A stretch of 64,000 bases of DNA from a virus: positions 107,041-171,040 of the IMG/VR virus record IMGVR_UViG_3300024324_000009. One strand, written 5' to 3'. This document shows, one piece after another, positions 57,632-64,000 of the stretch (the stretch's first letter is position 1; each line of letters starts with the position of its first letter). The translations under genes were made by a program, and so were the position numbers. The notes under the pieces are model-generated. The model was not told the DNA's origin, did not search any database, and saw only the letters and a program-made list of their open reading frames with translations.

Positions 57632-58193
57632 AAATTTTACTTTCTGTTGTTGTCCATATTGGGTTATTTTTGTAAATGTTTTCAATATCCTTTTTACTTA
57701 GCATAAACTTAGGATATTTAAGTTTTTTAAATTTATGTGGTAGCTGATACGATTCTGTACTTCTTCCGTATAACGATTGTAACATATCATCAAAATCTTG
57801 CAACAGAGTTTCTTGTTTAATAGCAATAGTATTATTGAATACTATACATTTTAATTTCTCTCCAAATACTTCATCTACATAATACCACTTGCCGTTGTAT
57901 GTGACCTTTCCTGCTTTTGTGTTCTCTCTTATTGTTTTAAATTTATGAAAGTCTTTTGGGTCATATGTCTCAGAAATAAGTTCACTTAGATTATAAGACA
58001 TGAGCCAGCTAGGTAGTTTTCTGAAAGTTATAACATCCAATAATCCGTTGTCAAATTCTTTTGGAACTAACCATGAAAAAGTATCATTCTCATATACTAT
58101 TTCTTCAGTTAAATACATATGACAAAGTTCAGCGAATGCACTGCCGCCAGTTCTTGGTAAATGATAATGTACAAATTTATTCGTTACTATCAT
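57624..58193 (-). CDS. Sulfotransferase-like protein
   Basis: FVHYHLPRTGGSA PAPS-binding motif. Confidence 0.55.
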   Translation of the reverse strand: MIVTNKFVHYHLPRTGGSAFAELCHMYLTEEIVYENDTFSWLVPKEFDNGLLDVITFRKLPSWLMSYNLSELISETYDPKDFHKFKTIRENTKAGKVTYNGKWYYVDEVFGEKLKCIVFNNTIAIKQETLLQDFDDMLQSLYGRSTESYQLPHKFKKLKYPKFMLSKKDIENIYKNNPIWTTTESKIYG

Positions 58194-59112
58194 CTTTTGT
58201 TTTCCACCACTCTATTAAATTGTCCCATAACGGCTTAAAAAACCACAAAACAATATAGGCAACTACTGCTTCTAATGCTTTTCCGATTATTGTACTAATA
58301 GTAATTGATTGAGTTTTAATCTCTTCATCATTGCCATGTTCGGTTGTCATGCTGAAATACCTCCTGTGCCTTTTGTTCTTTGTATCGTTTCTGATAGTCA
58401 AGATGGGCATCGTTTGTGATATGGTTGTAAATAACAGTCGCTACTTTACTCAAACTATTAATTACACCGCATACTTCAGGATTATCGATCAGCAGCCACG
58501 TATAGATATAGGGGTTTGCTTCATCACCAGATTTTTCTCTGGTAATCTTATAGCCTTGCTCTTTAGCCCAACTTTTTATTATCGTCCACTTCATATTGTT
58601 TCCATATCTCCAAATGTTTAACAGCGACTATTTGTAATTCTTGTTTTGTTGTTCGCTCTCGTTGCCAATCAATTAATTTATAAAGGTCATCTATGTGACC
58701 TCTTAGTTCTTCAGCATTGCCTATGCCGTCTAATATCTCAGAAACATGCTGCCGAACATCAGGATGAACAGCAGCATACTTCAAAGGAATTTTATCTTTT
58801 TTAGATAATTGTTTATATTCTTCAGACATGTTAGGCTTGTGCTTGTTTTTGGTCTTGTCCAAAGAATCGTTGTAGTGTCTCTAGCTTGCCTACAGCGTCA
58901 TCTAGTTTAGCTGTATAGTCTTTGAGTACACTAATGAAATCAGGATGCTCTCCTACTCCTACTGGACGAGTCAAGTACAATTCTAGTACTGCCAGAGCCT
59001 CATTTACATCTGCCTGATAGGACAACACCAGTGCGTCATAAAGACGATTAGGTGGTGCTTGTTGTTGTTGTTGTGCTGCTGGTTGTGGAGTCGTTTCCTC
59101 TGCCATAATCAT
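58177..59112 (-). CDS. Cluster of four small hypothetical genes (58177..58410, 58328..58594, 58563..58862, 58831..59112)
   Basis: Overlapping co-oriented ORFs; the last has a PVGVGEHP motif common in phage proteins. Confidence 0.5.
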
Positions 59113-59201
59113 TATCTCCTAAGTTTGTAGTTAAAGTAAGATTTCGGTTGTCTATATCAATTATAGTTTGATTTGGAGTATTGTCAAGTTGTATTTCCAT
59201 T

Positions 59202-59504
59202 TTAGTAACCATAATTATAAAAAGGATAGGCATAAGCAGGATACCTGTAATAAACAGGTTGCCGCCAAGTCAAAGGCCTAAACAGGCATGGACGCTGATA
59301 CACAGGCACAGTGTAGTACACAGGAACATATACTGGGGTTGGTGGTGGACAGTAAATAACTGTCGGCTGAACTGGTGGTGGTGCTGTAACCAAAGGAGTA
59401 GGACATTCTAGGCAAGGCCCAGCGATCCTCGGCACAACAGTCTGACCATTAGCCACACTACATAATCCTACCATTATTAAAATTGCTACAATTAAATATC
59501 TCAT
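59202..59504 (-). CDS. Secreted Pro/Tyr-rich small protein
   Basis: Signal peptide followed by PPP/PVY repeats. Confidence 0.6.
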   Translation of the reverse strand: MRYLIVAILIMVGLCSVANGQTVVPRIAGPCLECPTPLVTAPPPVQPTVIYCPPPTPVYVPVYYTVPVYQRPCLFRPLTWRQPVYYRYPAYAYPFYNYGY

Positions 59505-59517
59505 TTAATTCTCTCTT

Positions 59518-61825
59518 TCATTTTTTTATATCTTTAAGTTCGTACATAAGTTTAAATGCTCTATCTGATTCTCTACTATTTAAAGTTCCCTCCTCAATAT
59601 ATTGTTTTAAATCTTTCTGAGTCCATGTCTCCATCGCGTCTTCTTCAAAATAATACTCCCAAGGTTTCCATCTGATTCTGTGTTTGTCAATATTTACATA
59701 CAGTTTTTCCTGATTTCCTACTGTATAACTATATTTAACCCAATACCATTCTTCTGCAAGCATAGCCTCTTCGATAACCTTAAAGTTATCTGGGTAGCCA
59801 TTAAATGCAAATATCTTAAATCTTCCTATTCCATATAGTTGTTCCAGAACACCGGGGTCTTCAAAATCTACAGGATGAAATATATTGTTATATGATTGTA
59901 TTACTACGTTGCTTTTCCATCCAACATACTCTGCGTTCAGTAAAAAACCTACAGTAAATGCTACGAATAAGAAAAAGAATTGATAAAATAAAGTTCTGAG
60001 TACACATATAAATAACTGAAAATGAAATGACATTATCCACCTTTAATGATTGATAGGATTTTTCTTGCCAGTGCCGCTTGTCCAACTATCCTACCGTCAT
60101 TATAGTCGTCACCATATCCTGCTGTGCTTTCATGGTCTCTTTGATCTCTGATTTTATTATTACAAGAATCTACTATTTTAGATATTTTCTTTTCAAAATG
60201 CTCCATAGGGATTATATGCTTCCTTATAGTGTTTACGATATACTCTGACACATTCTCCCGCAGTATCAGGGATATTATTACCACCAAGATAATACATAGC
60301 TATATGCTGACGGATATCTAACTCTGTATCCGCTTTTAATTTGTTTTTCATTAGTTCACCATATTCCATAACAATGTAGCAGTATACATCTGTCATAAAA
60401 ACATCTACTAATTCTGATAGTTTGTTATTCATAAATCACCACGGGAATTTTAATTGTAGGTCTTTGTCGCTAGCTATTGGAGAAGTTAAATTAGAAACAT
60501 CAATAATATAACTAAACACATGGTTGCATGAATCATTGATCCAATCTGTCGCCTCTTCTTTACTTGCAAATGGGCCATAGTTGACTGATTCAACATCATA
60601 GTCGATGTTGTCTTTGCAAGTAACTATAATCATGAGACTTTCTCCTTGGGAATTTCAGTTCCGTCTACGTTAAGGGTTGTTTTAGCACAGGCGTTGATCA
60701 TAAAATTAACTTCGTTAATTAAACTGCCTTCGTCTATAGCCTTGTATAGTTCTTCTGGATCAACTTGTGTAACTTCGTCATTTAAAAGTGATACAGAATG
60801 TACTGCAACGTAATTGTCATGTTGTACTACTCTGTATTCCCATCCCATCTTTCCTTCAAACATATATCAATCCTCTTTGTAGTAGGTTGGCTTTAGTAAT
60901 AGATACACTATATTATAACAGTATGACAGTAGTTGTCCAGTAAGTGTCATTGAGATTTTTTATTATTGTTTGGTTTGTCTTCGACCTTCTTTGTTTGGGT
61001 GGGACGTTTATAATTCCAAGGGCAATTTCTGCAAATATTCTCGCAGCAATAACCTCTAGCCAATAAAAACTCTCGACTAAGGGGCCTCATAGATCAAATG
61101 TCTTTCGGTAAAGTCACTGGTTTCCCTAACTTCCCAATATACATATCCACATTCTATATCTACCCATTCTTGAGCATCACTCTCAGTGTTAAACGGGCCT
61201 ATAAAGTGTATGTCTTTACCTGCTCGGTAATTATCTTTGTCTTTTATATCACAATTACCACAAACTACATGAAACATATTAAAACCTCTCAAGACTTTCT
61301 TCGTCACTAAATATAGCAGCAATTAATTCCTCAATACATGCGTTTGCCTCTTCCTCTGTATCAAATTCCATATTCTTTTTAACTGTGAATTTACATAGCT
61401 TTTTGAGAGGTTTGTCACCCTTGGTGACGATGTACTTCCCATTCTCTAATTTTACTTGATATAACATTTCGTTCCTCTATAAAGTTCTCTATAATATTAG
61501 TAAAAAGTCCGGGTATCTCGTCACAATACTCCATCATTTTATCATCGCTGTCCTGAGTGTCAAGTGGCCCATACTCCGACAGTTTGTTTAGTGTCTCCCA
61601 AGCAGTATATTCAATACCGTTTTTCTCAAGGGTGACACAACCAATGCCACAAATTAATAACATATTCTTAATATATTCTTCGCCATCCTCTCGGAAGTGC
61701 TTCCAAATATCAAGAAACTTATTTTCCTCATTCTTAATAAAGCGATCAATATTAACATCGTCGCCTTGAATCATGTAGCACTTTATAACTTCTTTAACCA
61801 ATCTCTGATCCAAATTCATCTTCAT
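59518..61825 (-). CDS. Run of small hypothetical genes (59518..60033, 60033..60287, 60193..60432, 60436..60633, 60630..60863, 61077..61322, 61279..61467, 61415..61825)
   Basis: Tightly packed co-oriented ORFans typical of phage early regions. Confidence 0.5.
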
Positions 61826-61837
61826 ATAATCGTCCTC

Positions 61838-62302
61838 CTAATAAATACCAATTCCTGATGCCTTAATTTCAATGTCGCAATTATTCGTGAACACAATGCC
61901 TTTGCGTTTTGGTGCTGGCAGTGGTTCTTCAAATTTCTGAAAATCGCTGACTACCCAACCATGCTTATTTTTATCATCATTCCAACCATACAAAATATTT
62001 TCCTGTTCTACTAAATGTCTGTTATAGTCCCATTTCCAATCTGTCTCACTAAGGTATTCAAAACTGTGACTAAAAGTAATAGTACCAATAATCCTAGCCT
62101 TAAACTTACCATGCTTGCCGGGAGTTTCAATAACCGCTAACTCTTCACCAATATATTTCTCTGGTATACTGTATGTTCTAGTCTCTACACACTTATCACC
62201 ATCAAGTAGTTGATCTGCAAACGGTGCTTGAATATTAATACCGACCATAGTTTGTCTTCTCCGTAAGTAATAAAACCAGAGTATTACATACCCCGTGGTC
62301 AA
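61838..62302 (-). CDS. ASCH/PUA-like domain protein
   Basis: INIQAPFA..LL.G.K.VETR, IIG.I. Confidence 0.75.
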   Translation of the reverse strand: MTTGYVILWFYYLRRRQTMVGINIQAPFADQLLDGDKCVETRTYSIPEKYIGEELAVIETPGKHGKFKARIIGTITFSHSFEYLSETDWKWDYNRHLVEQENILYGWNDDKNKHGWVVSDFQKFEEPLPAPKRKGIVFTNNCDIEIKASGIGIY

Positions 62303-62330
62303 ATTATAACGGTTAATTCTTCTTTGTCAA
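62303..62330 (-). promoter_or_regulatory. Sigma70-like promoter TTGACA-16-TATAAT
   Basis: Upstream of the ASCH gene. Confidence 0.75.
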
Positions 62331-62884
62331 GGGCATGTCTATAGGATCGACATATTTGCTATTTTTAGTGACCATATCAATAATTTCCTTAGTCTTGCTT
62401 TCCACCCTATCCTCAACAATAACGGCTAAATATTTCTTTAGTTTCTGATCTACAATCTTAGCATTTGTTGTAATTAAAGTGGCTATTGCGTTACAGCTAT
62501 CTTTATTATAAGGTTCTTGGCAATTATCTGCCACCATTTCTAATCGTTCACTTAAATGCTTGAACTCATCTAAATATTGATAGACTTGTTCCAATGCCTC
62601 TTTAGCGTCTGGTTTCATAATTATGTTTCCATTTCCATAGCGTATAATCGTTTCCAGCAATTATCACAGGTTGCTGTTAAAAGTAACTCACGTTCAGCAG
62701 AAGATAAATAGTCAAATATATCTTGAATGTACCTGCCTTTTCCGCTTTGCCACTCAATAAAATCATCAATATTAACAAGTACATTATGTATCTGACCACA
62801 CATTCTGCAATCTATATTTATGCTGTGTCCTCTAACTGCACTAACCATTATTACATCTCCATATAATGTATTCACATGTGCCAA
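62313..62884 (-). CDS. Two small hypothetical genes (62313..62660; Zn-finger 62621..62884)
   Basis: CRMCG...IQD.F.YLS..ERELL....C..CW. Confidence 0.55.
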
Positions 62885-63233
62885 TAATCATAACCATAGG
62901 CAAAACTGTGCCAATCATAGTTTCTGCTACCATTTGATGTTCCCCTTATTCTGTATCATATTGCAAATAACTATTATTAAAATCACAGGCCATGCTGCTG
63001 CAAGTATCTCATCCATATTAATATACCTCCCAATGTACGTCTACCTGATCGCCTTCTTCCTTTAAAAACTTTAATAACTTTTTAGCAGCATCCTGACGGA
63101 AACGATCATGATTCTCTTCCTTTTCTGCATCATAATCTACTTCCATTTCGATACCGCTGTCTAAATAAACTGCATATTTCATAAGTCGTTCCTCCTAAAT
63201 TGTAACCAAACAAACGCTGCTATCATTAGTAAA

Positions 63234-63261
63234 AGTATAACACTAAACGGCTGATTGTCAA
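63234..63261 (-). promoter_or_regulatory. Sigma70-like promoter TTGACA-16-TATACT
   Basis: Upstream of an AGGAGG-led small ORF. Confidence 0.75.
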
Positions 63262-63612
63262 CCAAAAACTCATCCATAAAAGCCATTATTGTATACATTT
63301 ATTCCTCATCTACGATTTTTTTCATCTTCTTTTCTGCACTGCTAAGTGTTTTTATAACAGTCACAGATAATTCGTAATCATTTTTATATGAAACAATAGC
63401 ATCCAAAATTCGCCATGCTTCTTGTGATGTAATATTTGTCTCCATTTAATCAATCTCCTCATCAAATTTATTGTAAATTATTGCTGAAAGATCATCTACC
63501 ATAGTTTCCTTATCTTCACTTGTATAAGTAAACGGTGGTTGTAAATATCCCTCAAAGTATTGCTCAATAGCCTGTACAACTTCATCACACTGTTGTTTAT
63601 TCCATGTATTAT

Positions 63613-63987
63613 TCATACTACAATCCCTTCTAAAAGGTTCAAATGATCAACAACATCTTCCATTTCACACTCAAATTTATTGTCTGCTGGCTCCAAATCC
63701 CAGAACCAACTCATGACCATACCACCTTTGGGAAATACTGCCACCTGAAAATCAGTCAATAAAAATAGAGCCGCTGCTTGTAGTAATGTTGAAGCCTTGT
63801 CCAAGTCTATAGTTTCTCGCTGATTGTAGACTGCTCGTAATGCTAGTAGTTGTTCTTCTACGCTGACGTTAGCCCACTTCTCGCCTAGATACCACATGTT
63901 TAGCCACTCTTCTCTGTGTTCGCTATCAGAGTTCCAGTGTTCTAGGACTTCATCCATGACACCACTTTCATAGCCAAATTTTACCAT
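63613..63987 (-). CDS. Hypothetical protein
   Basis: ORF track. Confidence 0.5.
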   Translation of the reverse strand: MVKFGYESGVMDEVLEHWNSDSEHREEWLNMWYLGEKWANVSVEEQLLALRAVYNQRETIDLDKASTLLQAAALFLLTDFQVAVFPKGGMVMSWFWDLEPADNKFECEMEDVVDHLNLLEGIVV

Positions 63988-64000
63988 ACCAACGAATACT

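Noticed and set aside
644-63065. Most plus-strand ORFs in the track
   Set aside because: They are antisense shadows of well-supported minus-strand genes with no motifs or RBS; only 28490..29071 is accepted
1-64000. Planctomycete chromosome rather than phage
   Set aside because: Low GC, unidirectional ORFan-dense packing, rIIA/rIIB, tail fibre, phage-type ligase and ThyX, and no housekeeping operons
1-64000. Alternative genetic code (stop codon reassignment)
   Set aside because: Conserved genes are full length under the standard code, and TAA, TAG and TGA all serve as stops

Overview
This is a 64-kb, AT-rich, densely packed segment of a large dsDNA bacteriophage genome. Nearly all genes are on the minus strand, and only one convincing gene is on the plus strand. 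Phage hallmarks are rIIA/rIIB, an ATP-dependent DNA ligase, ThyX, an Mtd_N tail-fibre protein, a phage sigma factor and many small ORFans. The host is very probably a planctomycete, because the phage carries Planctomycetota signature genes: a DUF1559 prepilin-like protein, a PSCyt1/DUF1549/DUF1553 cytochrome c plus DUF1501 plus ferredoxin cluster, and an LExRxLLA export-motif protein. Layout: 1-15 kb glycosyltransferases and virion/membrane genes; 15-31 kb proteases, nucleotide and protein-modification enzymes and an actin-family ATPase; 31-48 kb RuvB, rII and host-derived genes; 48-64 kb early-type small genes, UvsE and ThyX. The most unusual observations are: (1) a volactin-like actin with a membrane partner; (2) RuvB paired with a Zn-ribbon/RuvA-domain-III chimera; (3) the planctomycete periplasmic cytochrome module in a phage; (4) catalytically dead paralogs of a papain-like protease and of DeoC; (5) three structured ncRNA candidates; (6) two promoter classes, TTGACA-16-TATAAT and GGTGTA. 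All family assignments come from motif recognition by eye, and no database search was run.
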